Assembly: GCA_903940375.1 (NCBI GenBank)
Contig: CAJAKT010000314.1
Coordinates: 1 to 34,071, forward strand
Source: an uncultured bacterium
Lineage (GTDB): Bacteria > Actinomycetota > Actinomycetes > S36-B12
DNA length: 34,071 bases
Reading direction: 5' to 3'
Shown here: positions 1 through 8,349 of the stretch, one piece after another
Layout: the number at the start of each line of letters is the position of its first letter
Position numbering within the stretch: position 1 is the first letter of the stretch
Notes under the pieces: generated by a model
What the model was told of the DNA's origin: nothing
Database searches by the model: none
Seen by the model: the letters and a program-made list of their open reading frames with translations, nothing else
Translations under genes and position numbers: made by a program

Positions 1-1359
1 ACGCTTGCGCAACCGCACCAGGTCGGCATCGAGGGACCGGCGGGCCGACTGCACAGCCGTCTCACTCACTTCGATGACCAGGCAGCAGGGATCGATTCCG
101 GAATCCTCGACGACGGTGAGGATGCCATCGACCCAGCGGTCATCGGATAGCTCGACCGATGAGACGTTGACCCCGATCTGCATCGCATGGGGTGGCAGTG
201 CAGCCAAGGCCGCGCAGGCCATGCCGAGCACCATCCGGCCCATCGGTCGGATCAGCTGCGATTCCTCAGCCACACGCAGGAAGTCATCGGGAGCGATGAG
301 CCCCTCACGCGGATGCCGCCAGCGCAGCAGCCCTTCGGCCGCGACGGTTCGCCGATCGCACATCGTCACGACGGGCTGGTAGGCGAGTTCGAACTCCTCG
401 GCCTCCAGGGCGAACTGCAGCTCGTCCTCAATTGCCGACCGGCGGACAGCACGCACGACCATGTCGGGGGTGAACACGCGTACTGCCGGACCGTCACCTT
501 GACGCGCCTCAGCAACAGCGATGTCGGCCTCCCGCAGCAGCGTGAGCGCGGTGGCTCCGGACTCGGCCAGGACGGCCGAGGCCACCACGGTCGGCTCGAT
601 CCGGCGGCCGACGACGCGGATCTCGGACGAGACACCGTCGACAATGGCCTGCGTGCGTGTGCGCAGGGCCACCTCGGTCACCAGGCCCGGGCACGCAATG
701 CAGAAACCCTTGCCCGAGACCCGACCCGCCTCCTCCGTCGGGAGCAGTCGGTCGGTGATCCGAAGGGCGAACTCGGCGAGTGCTGCGTCGCCTGCCGCCA
801 GACCAGCCGACTCGTTCACGTCGCGGATGTTGTCGAACTCGATGAGGATCAGTCCGAATCCGCTCGCATTCGAATGGTGCATGGCATCGTCCACGAACGC
901 GCAGAGGCCGTGCCGCGACATCATTCCGGTCACGGAGTCGACCGGTTCGCTTCGCCGGGCCCTGGCCGCCGCGTGCATGTCACGCAACCCGACGACGAAG
1001 CCCGCGACGTCGGTCCCGGTTGGAGAGATCGGCCGGGCCACACCCGAGAACCAGTGCTCGCCACCGTCGCGCCTTCGCAGCAGCACCTTCTGCGCGACGT
1101 CACGGCCAGCCAGCAGGCGGTGCCGATTGGCATCGACCCAGCCGCGGTCCTGGTCATCAGACAGCAGGTTGATGGCAGGCTCGCCGACCAGATCGGCTAC
1201 CTCCCAGCCGAGATGGTCAGTGACCGACTCGGAAACCCACGCGATATCCAGCCCGCGCGTCACATACACAACATCGGCTTGCTGCAGCATCGCCAATACT
1301 TCGGCCGGCAACTGACCGACCACCGCATCGATTCCGCTGAGCTGGACCCCCAGACTCAT
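1..1359 (-). CDS. PAS - degenerate GGDEF - EAL signalling protein (c-di-GMP turnover type); 3' end lies beyond the left edge
   Basis: Absent from the ORF track because there is no stop in the window. My reverse-strand translation from ATG (1359-1357) stays open for all 453 codons: MSLGVQLSGIDAVV... GGDEF-domain core is present (DSVTGMMSRHGL, FGLILIEFDNIRDVNESAGLAAGDAAL), but the signature reads SGKGF. EAL-domain motifs follow (ELAYQPVV, AAEGLLRWRHP, IAPDDFLRVAEESQLI, VIEVSE). Confidence 0.8.
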   Translation of the reverse strand, partial: MSLGVQLSGIDAVVGQLPAEVLAMLQQADVVYVTRGLDIAWVSESVTDHLGWEVADLVGEPAINLLSDDQDRGWVDANRHRLLAGRDVAQKVLLRRRDGGEHWFSGVARPISPTGTDVAGFVVGLRDMHAAARARRSEPVDSVTGMMSRHGLCAFVDDAMHHSNASGFGLILIEFDNIRDVNESAGLAAGDAALAEFALRITDRLLPTEEAGRVSGKGFCIACPGLVTEVALRTRTQAIVDGVSSEIRVVGRRIEPTVVASAVLAESGATALTLLREADIAVAEARQGDGPAVRVFTPDMVVRAVRRSAIEDELQFALEAEEFELAYQPVVTMCDRRTVAAEGLLRWRHPREGLIAPDDFLRVAEESQLIRPMGRMVLGMACAALAALPPHAMQIGVNVSSVELSDDRWVDGILTVVEDSGIDPCCLVIEVSETAVQSARRSLDADLVRLRKR

Positions 1360-1398
1360 GTGACCTGAATAACACGGGGTAACACGTCAAGGCAAGCA

Positions 1399-1417
1399 CC
1401 GACACTTCCCGTGTCGG
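1399..1417 (-). terminator. Weak hairpin downstream of the SPFH gene (possible intrinsic terminator)
   Basis: ccgacac-ttccc-gtgtcgg, a 7-bp stem with a 5-nt loop, about 20 nt after the SPFH stop at 1437. The trailing U-tract on the minus strand is poor (tgcttgcctt). Confidence 0.25.
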
Positions 1418-1436
1418 GTGTTTGTGCGGGAATCCC

Positions 1437-2342
1437 TCAGCCCCCGAGGCCCTCCTTGAGGCGCGACAGGGCCCCCGTCAGTTCAGCAGGGATCACCCAC
1501 ACCTTGTTCGCATCGCCCTTCGCCACTTCCGGCAGCGCCTGCAGATAGCGATGGGCCAACTCATTCGGCTGCGGATCCGCCGAGCGCAGGCCTGCGTAGA
1601 TGGTCTTGACGGCGGATGCCTCGGCCTCTGCGGCGATGACACGTGCCTTGGCCTCGCCCTCCGCGCGAAGCACGGCAGCCTGCGCCTCGCCCTCGGCGCT
1701 GAGCACGGCGGACTGCTTCGCGCCCTCGGCCGTCAGGATGGCCGCCTGCTTCTGGCCTTCCGCCGTGAGGATTGCTGCACGGCGTTCGCGTTCCGCCTTG
1801 AGCTGCTTCTCCATCGCCTCCTGCACCGACTTCGGCGGATCGATTGCCTTCAGCTCGACGCGGTTGACGCGGATGCCCCACTTGCCTGTCGCCTCGTCGA
1901 GCACACCACGCAGTTGGCCATTGATCTGATCACGTGATGTCAGCGCCTCCTCCAGGTCCATCGAGCCGATGACATTGCGCAGCGTGGTGACGGTGAGCTG
2001 CTCGATGCCGAGCAGGAAGTTGTTGATCTCGTAGGTGGCCGCCTTGGGTTCCGTCACCTGGAAGTAGATGACGGTGTCAATGGATACGACGAGGTTGTCC
2101 TCGGTGATGACGGGCTGGGGTGGGAATGACGCGACCTGTTCACGCATGTCAACGCGCTCGCGGATGCGATCGACGACGGGCAGCAGGATGCTCAGGCCCG
2201 GATTGAGAGTGCGCTGATACCGCCCGAGTCGCTCGACGATGGCGGTACTCGCCTGCTTGACGATCACGACCGTCCGCGAGACCAGCAGCAGCGCGAAGAG
2301 GACGGCGAGGAGAACCACGCCGAGGGGGACGAGGACATCCAT
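1437..2342 (-). CDS. SPFH/band-7 (stomatin/QmcA-like) membrane protein
   Basis: 301-aa ORF with an N-terminal TM helix and a typical SPFH core (IVERLGRY..., PVITEDNLVVSIDTVIYFQV, LRNVIGSMDLEEALTSRDQIN). GGGAG lies upstream of the ATG. It follows an NfeD gene, which is the classic pairing. Confidence 0.93.
   Translation of the reverse strand: MDVLVPLGVVLLAVLFALLLVSRTVVIVKQASTAIVERLGRYQRTLNPGLSILLPVVDRIRERVDMREQVASFPPQPVITEDNLVVSIDTVIYFQVTEPKAATYEINNFLLGIEQLTVTTLRNVIGSMDLEEALTSRDQINGQLRGVLDEATGKWGIRVNRVELKAIDPPKSVQEAMEKQLKAERERRAAILTAEGQKQAAILTAEGAKQSAVLSAEGEAQAAVLRAEGEAKARVIAAEAEASAVKTIYAGLRSADPQPNELAHRYLQALPEVAKGDANKVWVIPAELTGALSRLKEGLGG
1614..1778 (-). repeat. Five in-frame tandem 33-nt (11-residue) repeats inside the SPFH gene
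   Basis: Residues 189-243 read AAILTAEGQKQ / AAILTAEGAKQ / SAVLSAEGEAQ / AAVLRAEGEAK / ARVIAAEAEAS. This is a hendecad coiled-coil-type periodicity, common in SPFH C-terminal regions. Confidence 0.7.
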
Positions 2343-2375
2343 GACTACTCCCTGATGGTTGTTCGGTTCACAGCA

Positions 2376-2822
2376 TCACCGTGGATCGACCGGGTAGACG
2401 AGGGCTGTCGCACCATCGATGCGGGTGACGACCACTTCACCACCCTCCGGTACCGGCACGGACGTGACGTCGAGGTCCAGTCGCGCCGACCACACCTCGC
2501 CCTTCAGGGTGATGCGGCCATCGTCGCCCGTCACCTCGCTGAGGGCACGTGCCCGACTCCCGGGCAGGGCGTCCACGCCGGTGCGGGTGAGGCCGGACGA
2601 CTTGCGCAGGTGCTTGAGGGCGAGCGGACGGACGAAGGCGATGCCGGCGACAGAGACCCCGATCCCGACGACGGCCTGCAGCCACAACGGCGCACCGGCG
2701 ACGGCAGAGATCGCAGCCGTGCCCGCGCCCACGGCGATGAGGCCGAAGGTCAGGTCGACCGTGAAGATCTCAATGCCGACGGCCACGAGGGCCGCGATCA
2801 TCCAGAGCAATGCGGGCGACAT
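2376..2822 (-). CDS. NfeD-family membrane protein (partner of the SPFH protein)
   Basis: Multi-TM N-terminus followed by a C-terminal OB-like segment (GRITLKGEVWSARL...GGEVVVTRIDGATALV). I prefer the ATG at 2822, preceded by AAGGAGG, over the TTG at 2837 used by the ORF track. Confidence 0.85.
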   Translation of the reverse strand: MSPALLWMIAALVAVGIEIFTVDLTFGLIAVGAGTAAISAVAGAPLWLQAVVGIGVSVAGIAFVRPLALKHLRKSSGLTRTGVDALPGSRARALSEVTGDDGRITLKGEVWSARLDLDVTSVPVPEGGEVVVTRIDGATALVYPVDPR

Positions 2823-2873
2823 GCGTACCTCCTTCAATCACTGTAGACCGAATTGCCCGAATAGGCCGTCGAG

Positions 2874-2916
2874 CCGCAGATGCGGAGTATCCTCTCGCTT
2901 CATGACGCATATGCGG
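2874..2916. promoter_or_regulatory. Two near-identical palindromic boxes (candidate operators) in the NfeD / mod-regulator divergent region
   Basis: cgcaGAtgcgg at 2875-2885 and cgcaTAtgcgg at 2906-2916 match 10/11 with centres 31 bp apart. The second contains the perfect 10-bp palindrome cgcatatgcg and overlaps the regulator's candidate start codons. Confidence 0.35.
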
Positions 2917-3297
2917 GTTTCCGAGGCGGCCACCCTGCTCGCGGTGAGCGACGACACCGTCCGCCGCTGGGTCGATGCCGGTCGGCTCATCGCCGGGCCC
3001 GCCGGTGCCGGTCCACGGACCGTCGACGCTGCCAGCGTCGCCACTCTGATGGCCGAGCAATCCCTGACGCCGGCCCCGCCGGTCCAGCAGTCTGCGCGCA
3101 ACCGCTTCCCCGGCATCGTCATCCGCGTCGAGAAGGACGGGGTCATGGCGCTCGTCGAGATCCAGGCCGGACCCCATCGCGTGACGTCCTTGATGAGCCG
3201 CGAGTCCGCCGACGAGCTCGGGCTCGCACCCGGTGTCCGAGTCGCCGGGGTCGTCAAGTCCACCAACGTCATCGTCGAGCTTGAGACGCACCAGTGA
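2902..3297 (+). CDS. MerR/excisionase-type HTH + Mop/TOBE domain regulator (molybdate-responsive, ModE-like)
   Basis: MTHMRVSEAATLLAVSDDTVRRWVDAGRL is an HTH. NRFPGIVIRVEKDGVMALVEIQAG...VRVAGVVKSTNVIVE is a TOBE/Mop fold. The stop overlaps the modA start (GTGA). The upstream part of the 292-aa track ORF overlaps NfeD antisense and looks non-coding. An alternative start is at 2911. Confidence 0.8.
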   Translation: MTHMRVSEAATLLAVSDDTVRRWVDAGRLIAGPAGAGPRTVDAASVATLMAEQSLTPAPPVQQSARNRFPGIVIRVEKDGVMALVEIQAGPHRVTSLMSRESADELGLAPGVRVAGVVKSTNVIVELETHQ

Positions 3298-4073
3298 GGC
3301 GTCCCCGCACTGCACTGCTCGCCCTGACGCTCGTCGCCGTCATCCCAGGAGCCTTTGTCGGCACGCAGCCGGTGACCGCGGCAACCGCCGCCCCCACCGG
3401 CTCGATCACCGTCTCGGCCGCTGCATCGCTGACCGATGTCTTCCCGGTGATCGCCGCGGCATTCCAGAAGCGGTTCCCCGGGACCACGGTGTCCTTCAAC
3501 TTCGGTGGCAGTTCAGCCATCGTCGAGCAAGTCAATGCGGGCGCGCCCGTCGATGTGCTGGCCACCGCGTCTGAGCCGACGATGTGGAAGGCAGCCAATG
3601 CCGGTCACACCGGCCGGCCGCTGCTGTTCGCGAAGAACACGATGGCGATCGCGATGCCGGCCGGCAACCCCGCTGGTATCACCGGCCTTGCCGACCTATC
3701 GCGCAGTGACGTGCTGACAGCGGTGTGTGCCGTCGCCGTGCCGTGCGGCACCGCCGCGAGGGACCTGTTCGCCACGAACGGCATCTCGGTCAGGCCCGTC
3801 ACGTTCGAGCTCGACGTCCGCGGGGTCCTCGGGAAGGTGATGGCGGACGAGGTCGACGCAGGCATCGTCTACGTCACCGACGTCCGTTCGGCCGGGAGCG
3901 CCGTGACATCCGTGGCAATCCCCGCCGATCGGAACGTCACCACGACCTATCCGATCGCCACGGTCACAGACGGCCGCAACCCGGTGACGGCACGTGCATT
4001 CGTGGCGTACGTCCGGTACTCACGTTCCGCGCAGGGGATTCTCCGTGCCTACGGATTCGCGAAGCCCTGGTGA
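3294..4073 (+). CDS. modA: Molybdate ABC transporter substrate-binding protein
   Basis: Signal peptide, then ITVSAAASLTDVFPVIAAAFQKRFPGTTVSFNFGGSSAIVEQVNAGAPVDVLATAS, which is the characteristic ModA N-terminal lobe. modB and modC follow. Confidence 0.92.
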   Translation: MRRPRTALLALTLVAVIPGAFVGTQPVTAATAAPTGSITVSAAASLTDVFPVIAAAFQKRFPGTTVSFNFGGSSAIVEQVNAGAPVDVLATASEPTMWKAANAGHTGRPLLFAKNTMAIAMPAGNPAGITGLADLSRSDVLTAVCAVAVPCGTAARDLFATNGISVRPVTFELDVRGVLGKVMADEVDAGIVYVTDVRSAGSAVTSVAIPADRNVTTTYPIATVTDGRNPVTARAFVAYVRYSRSAQGILRAYGFAKPW

Positions 4074-4870
4074 GCTCGCGCCGCATCTCTCCGCGACCCG
4101 CGTTCCTGATGGTTCCGGGGATAATCGCGCTGGCATTCCTTGTCCTGCCCCTGCTCGCACTGCTGTGGCAGGCACCGTGGGGTGACATCACGTCCATCGT
4201 GAGCTCCCCCCTCGCCCTCGACGCACTGAGGCTGTCGCTTGTCACCTCATTGACAGCCACGGCCTTCGCGACCGTCGTCGGCGTCCCGCTCGCGTGGCTG
4301 CTGGCGCGCGAGGTCCTGCCCGCAACGCGCCTCGTTCGCGCCCTCGTCATCGTCCCGCTGCTGCTGCCGCCCGTCGTCTCCGGAGTGATGCTGCTGTCCG
4401 CGTTTGGCCGGCGCGGATTCGTCGGGCAATACCTCTACTCCGCCTTCGGCATTCAGCTTCCATTCACGACGGCTGGAGTGGTGCTCGCCGAGGCCTTCGT
4501 CGCGATGCCCTTCCTCATCATCACCCTCGAGGGGGCCTTCCGGTCACTGGACCGACGCTACGAGGACGCAGCCATCACCCTCGGCGCATCGTCCTGGACC
4601 GTGTTCCGGCGAGTGACGGTCCCGCTCATCGCACCGTCACTGCTGGCCGGTGCCGTGCTGTGCTGGGCGCGCGCGCTCGGGGAATTCGGGGCGACGATCA
4701 CGTTTGCCGGCAACCTGCCCGGTGTCACGCAGACCATGCCGCTGGCCGTGTACAGCGCCCTTGAGTCAGACCGCTCGGCCGCCATCGCCTTGAGCGTCCT
4801 GCTGCTCGGCGTATGCGTCGCGGTCCTCGTCGCACTGCGGGGCTACTACCTGAAGGGCGCAAGCGCATGA
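4070..4870 (+). CDS. modB: Molybdate ABC transporter permease
   Basis: GTG at 4070 overlaps the modA stop (GTGA). Multi-TM protein with the permease EAA-type loop (YEDAAITLGASSWTVFRRVTVPLIAPSL). The upstream part of the 381-aa track ORF is out-of-frame overlap with modA. An alternative ATG is at 4109. Confidence 0.9.
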   Translation: MSSRRISPRPAFLMVPGIIALAFLVLPLLALLWQAPWGDITSIVSSPLALDALRLSLVTSLTATAFATVVGVPLAWLLAREVLPATRLVRALVIVPLLLPPVVSGVMLLSAFGRRGFVGQYLYSAFGIQLPFTTAGVVLAEAFVAMPFLIITLEGAFRSLDRRYEDAAITLGASSWTVFRRVTVPLIAPSLLAGAVLCWARALGEFGATITFAGNLPGVTQTMPLAVYSALESDRSAAIALSVLLLGVCVAVLVALRGYYLKGASA

Positions 4871-5928
4871 CAATCGCCGTCGATGCGAGCATCACCCGCG
4901 GAACCTTCACGGTTACGGTCGCCGCCGAGCTTGAGCCGGGCATGGTGGTGGCCGTGCTGGGACCGAACGGCTCCGGCAAGTCGACCCTGCTGCGCGCCAT
5001 CGCTGGGCTGCAGCCGATCTCGGCCGGCACCATCCGCATCGACGACGTGGTCGTGGACGATGCCGGACACGTATTCGCACCGCCGCAGGAACGCGCGATC
5101 GGTCTGGTTCCGCAGGACTACGCACTCTTTCCGCACCTCACCGTGCGCGACAACGTCGCCTTCGGCCCGCGGTCGCGCGGCGCCGGGCGACGTGCGGCCG
5201 CTGACCTTGCCGAAGCCACGCTCGCCAGACTCGGCATCTCGGATCTGACGGATCGCAAGCCCGGCCAGATCTCGGGCGGACAGGCCCAGCGCGTTGCGCT
5301 CGCCCGGGCACTCGCCACCGATCCCGCGATCCTCCTGCTCGATGAGCCGCTTGCGGCACTCGATGTGGAGTCGCGCGATGCCGTTCGTGCCGAACTCGAC
5401 ATCCACCTGTCCACGTTCGCGGGATGCACGGTTCTGGTCACGCACGACCCACTCGATGCCCTGCTGCTCGCTGACCGCGTCCTCGTGATCGAGGAGGGTC
5501 GGATCGTTCAGGATGGCACTCCCGCGGACCTGGCGCACCAGCCGGCTACGACCTATGTTGCTGCTCTCATGGGGGTGACCCTCCTGCGCGGCAGCGCGCA
5601 CGACGGCCTCCTGTCGGTGGATGGCGGCGGAGTGCTGCACATCGCGGATGCAGACGTGTCGGGGCGCGTGCAGTGCGTCGTGCGACCCGAGTCCGTCACC
5701 CTGCACCGACAGGAACCCGAAGGCAGTGCACGCAACATCTGGCCGGGCACCGTCGGCTCATTGCAGCCATCGCACGATCGCGTCCGGGTACTCATCGACG
5801 CAGCCCCAGGCGTCGTCGCCGTCGTCACACCAGCGGCAGTGGCCGAGCTCGGATTGGTCAAGGGCACCCCTATCTGGATGAGCATGAAGGCCGTCGACCT
5901 CGCGGTCTACCGGTCACCCGCGCACTAG
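4867..5928 (+). CDS. modC: Molybdate ABC transporter ATP-binding protein with C-terminal TOBE domain
   Basis: ATG 4867 overlaps the modB stop (ATGA). Walker A GPNGSGKST, signature SGGQAQRV, Walker B LLLDEP. The C-terminal TOBE-like segment reads VRVLIDAAPGVVAVVTPAAVAELGL. Confidence 0.92.
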   Translation: MTIAVDASITRGTFTVTVAAELEPGMVVAVLGPNGSGKSTLLRAIAGLQPISAGTIRIDDVVVDDAGHVFAPPQERAIGLVPQDYALFPHLTVRDNVAFGPRSRGAGRRAAADLAEATLARLGISDLTDRKPGQISGGQAQRVALARALATDPAILLLDEPLAALDVESRDAVRAELDIHLSTFAGCTVLVTHDPLDALLLADRVLVIEEGRIVQDGTPADLAHQPATTYVAALMGVTLLRGSAHDGLLSVDGGGVLHIADADVSGRVQCVVRPESVTLHRQEPEGSARNIWPGTVGSLQPSHDRVRVLIDAAPGVVAVVTPAAVAELGLVKGTPIWMSMKAVDLAVYRSPAH

Positions 5929-5937
5929 GGTCGGCGC

Positions 5938-6615
5938 GTGCCCACGCCGATCTCCGACCTCGTGCACCCCAGCTGGGTCCCGGCGCTGGCACCCCTGCAG
6001 CCCGAGTTCACCGAGATCGGCACCTACCTTCGTGCGGAGTCAGCTGCCGGACGCGGATGGGCGCCGGCAGGCGACCGCATCCTGCGCGCGTTCGAGCAAC
6101 CGCTGGACGATGTCCGCGTCCTCATCGTCGGCCAGGATCCCTACCCGACCCCAGGCCACGCGGTCGGGCTGTCGTTCTCCGTCGCACCGGACGTGCGCCC
6201 ACTCCCGCGCAGCCTGTCGAACATCTTCCGCGAACTGCACGATGACCTGGACCTCCCTGCCCCGGCCAACGGCGACCTGACGCCATGGACGAAGCACGGT
6301 GTCATGCTGCTCAACCGCGTCCTGACGGTGCGGCTCGGCGAGCCCGGCAGCCACCGCGGCATCGGGTGGGAGGCGATCACGGCCGCCGCGATCTCGGCCC
6401 TCGTCGCCCGACCGGATGCACCGCTGGTGGCGATCCTGTGGGGTCGCGACGCGCAGACGCTGCAGTCGGACCTGCCCGACGTGCCGATCATCGCGTCACC
6501 GCACCCGAGCCCGCTGTCTGCTGATCGGGGCTTCTTCGGCTCCCGGCCGTTCAGCCGCGCGAACGCCCTGCTGGACGAGCTCGGCGCCGCCCCCGTCGAC
6601 TGGTCCCTGGCCTAG
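5938..6615 (+). CDS. ung: Uracil-DNA glycosylase, family 1
   Basis: [22 protein letters not shown] (water-activating loop) and [10 protein letters not shown] (HPSPLS motif). Size and motifs match the actinobacterial Ung type. Confidence 0.93.
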   Translation: MPTPISDLVHPSWVPALAPLQPEFTEIGTYLRAESAAGRGWAPAGDRILRAFEQPLDDVRVLIVGQDPYPTPGHAVGLSFSVAPDVRPLPRSLSNIFRELHDDLDLPAPANGDLTPWTKHGVMLLNRVLTVRLGEPGSHRGIGWEAITAAAISALVARPDAPLVAILWGRDAQTLQSDLPDVPIIASPHPSPLSADRGFFGSRPFSRANALLDELGAAPVDWSLA

Positions 6616-6631
6616 TGCACATCAACCCCAT

Positions 6632-6693
6632 GCCGAGCGGCCCGTTGTGGTTGATTCCGGCCGTCTGAAACCCGCCACAACGGGCCGCTCGGC
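6632..6693. terminator. Long perfect hairpin between convergent ung and the DUF3817 gene (probable bidirectional, U-tract-less terminator)
   Basis: gccgagcggcccgttgtgg (6632-6650) pairs perfectly with ccacaacgggccgctcggc (6675-6693). That gives a 19-bp stem and a 24-nt loop. Confidence 0.55.
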
Positions 6694-6719
6694 GGGTACT
6701 TCGACTGACTCGACTCGGG

Positions 6720-7052
6720 TCAGGCGGTGGGGAGCAGGTCGCGACGGACCAGATCCTTATGCACCGCGGCCTCGGCGAAGAAGGAAGCGAACGGAATCGT
6801 GCCGGCAATCAGGATCGCGAGCGTGCGCGGCACGCTGTAGCGAACCCGGAACGCGAGATCAACGCCGGTGATCAGGTACAGGAAGTACAGCCACCCGTGC
6901 GCGATCCACAAGGCGCTGTAGATACCAGGCTTGCCGCCCTCGGATGAGTAGTTGAGGAACAGATACCCGATCAGCGCCCAGATAGTCGCCGTCGCGAGTA
7001 CGACACCCGTGACCCATGCCATCACGCGGTAGCGCAGGAACGCACCCTTCAT
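6720..7052 (-). CDS. DUF3817-type small integral membrane protein
   Basis: 110 aa with 3-4 TM helices. LRYRVMAWVTGVVL...IAHGWLYFLYL...IAGTIPFASF is the pattern I associate with DUF3817. The ATG overlaps the stop of the kinase gene (ATGA). Confidence 0.8.
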   Translation of the reverse strand: MKGAFLRYRVMAWVTGVVLATATIWALIGYLFLNYSSEGGKPGIYSALWIAHGWLYFLYLITGVDLAFRVRYSVPRTLAILIAGTIPFASFFAEAAVHKDLVRRDLLPTA

Positions 7053-7975
7053 GCCCAGCCTCCCGGTACTTCGTGCGCGTGCGGCGGGTCGGCCCCCGGC
7101 CGCTGACAGGTGATGCCCGCGACGGCGATGCCGAATCGCGCAGCGGCCACAACCTTGTCCAGATCGGCCACATCGGCCCGGCCGAGGTCGTTATGCAGCC
7201 AGTAGGCGAGGAAGCCGCCGCTGAACGAGTCACCGGCGCCAACGGTGTCGATCACAGGCACGCGCGGCACATCGAGGACGATGTCAGCGCCGGAAGCGAT
7301 GACGTGTACTGCGTTCGAGCCATCGGTGAACAGCACGACGGCGCCGCAGCTCTGCTGCAGCGCAACCGCGGCTTCGATCATTCCGGTGCCCGGGAACAGG
7401 TACTCGAGGTCATCCCCGCTCACCTTGACGATGTCGGCGCGATCAATAACCGCTGCAAGGGACGCCCTCAGCAGATCCAACCGATTGACGCTGGGACGAC
7501 AGTTCGGGTCGATCATCACGAGCTGGTCATCGTTCGCGGCACCGACGACGGCGATCAACGCAGCTGCCAGCGGCTCCATTACGAGCGCCAGGGTGCCTGC
7601 GTGGATGGCCCTCGATGCCCGGTCGACGTGGGCAACGGCCATCTCGGGGGTGACCGTCGCCGCGGATGTCCCGTCGAGCAGGAACCGGTAGGACGCGGCC
7701 CCGGACTCGTCGATCTGCGCGATCGCCAGCGTGGTCGGCTCGGGAACCTGCGCACCGAGACCGAGCCGCACGCCGTCACGGTCAAGCAGGCGCATGATCC
7801 GCTGCCCGAAGGGGTCGGTCGACACCCCACCAAGGAAGGTCGACGGAACGCCGAGGCGCGCAATGGTCCGGGCCGTATTCAGTGGGCCGCCGCCCACGAC
7901 GGACGTGACCTCACCTTGTGCGTCAACGATGACGTCGACAAGGGCCTCGCCGATAACAGTGACCATGATGGCCAC
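7049..7975 (-). CDS. PfkB-family carbohydrate kinase (fructokinase-like)
   Basis: VIGEALVDV...GGGPLNTA N-terminal motif and the C-terminal DTVGAGDSFSGGFL anion-hole motif of ribokinase/PfkB kinases. Confidence 0.9.
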   Translation of the reverse strand: MAIMVTVIGEALVDVIVDAQGEVTSVVGGGPLNTARTIARLGVPSTFLGGVSTDPFGQRIMRLLDRDGVRLGLGAQVPEPTTLAIAQIDESGAASYRFLLDGTSAATVTPEMAVAHVDRASRAIHAGTLALVMEPLAAALIAVVGAANDDQLVMIDPNCRPSVNRLDLLRASLAAVIDRADIVKVSGDDLEYLFPGTGMIEAAVALQQSCGAVVLFTDGSNAVHVIASGADIVLDVPRVPVIDTVGAGDSFSGGFLAYWLHNDLGRADVADLDKVVAAARFGIAVAGITCQRPGADPPHAHEVPGGWA

Positions 7976-7978
7976 AGG

Positions 7979-8329
7979 CTAGTGGACGCCTTCCAGAGCC
8001 GCGTGATGCGCGACTGCCCAGTCGGCAAGTGCGGTCACTGGCGGAATCAGGCTCCGGCCGGCGTCGGTCAGCTCGTATTCGACTCGCGGAGGGACCTCGG
8101 CGTAGACCGTGCGCCGGACGAGTCCGTCGGCCTCGAGCTTCCGCAGGGTCAGGGTCAGCATGCGCTGGGAGATCCCCTCTAGGCCCACCTTCAACGCAGT
8201 GAAGCGCAGCGGTCCGTGACTCAAGGTCACGATGACCAGCAGGCTCCACTTGTCGCCGATCCGGGCGAAGGCATCGCGGATCACCCGGCAGCGTTCGGCG
8301 TCGTGCTCGGGCATCAGTACCGCCATCAT
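7979..8329 (-). CDS. HxlR-family winged-helix transcriptional regulator
   Basis: CRVIRDAFARIGDKWSLLVIVTLSHGPLRFTALK...ISQRMLTLTLRKLEADGLVRRTVYAEVPPRVEYELT is the canonical HxlR core. I place the start at ATG 8329, preceded by GGGAGGTGA, not at the longer track start 8437, which runs through the promoter region. Confidence 0.85.
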   Translation of the reverse strand: MMAVLMPEHDAERCRVIRDAFARIGDKWSLLVIVTLSHGPLRFTALKVGLEGISQRMLTLTLRKLEADGLVRRTVYAEVPPRVEYELTDAGRSLIPPVTALADWAVAHHAALEGVH

Positions 8330-8349
8330 GCTCACCTCCCGGAGCCTTG

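Noticed and set aside
187-1368. 393-aa plus-strand ORF, and the 264-aa ORF at 521-1315, covering the left end
   Set aside because: The translations are Arg/Gly/His/Pro-rich with no recognisable domain. The opposite strand encodes a clean PAS-GGDEF-EAL protein over the same span. These are typical high-GC antisense shadow ORFs.
1614-1778. 33-nt periodic DNA repeat considered as a minisatellite or CRISPR-like array
   Set aside because: The repeats are contiguous, in frame and encode the AEG-rich hendecad coiled coil usual in SPFH proteins, so this is a coding repeat.
2419-2901. N-terminal 161 codons of the 292-aa track ORF 2419-3297
   Set aside because: This part is antisense to the NfeD gene and Ser/Thr/Arg/Pro-rich. 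The recognisable HTH begins at the ATG at 2902/2911, so only 2902-3297 was kept.
2838-3293. Possible Moco riboswitch ahead of modA
   Set aside because: modA is preceded by, and overlaps, a protein-coding regulator gene. The only non-coding stretch (2838-2901) is about 64 nt, too short for the roughly 130-nt Moco RNA motif.
5929-5937. ung starting 9 bp after modC as a functional mod-ung operon
   Set aside because: It is more likely simple genome compaction or read-through. There is no functional link and no overlap-type coupling, and the terminator hairpin follows ung.
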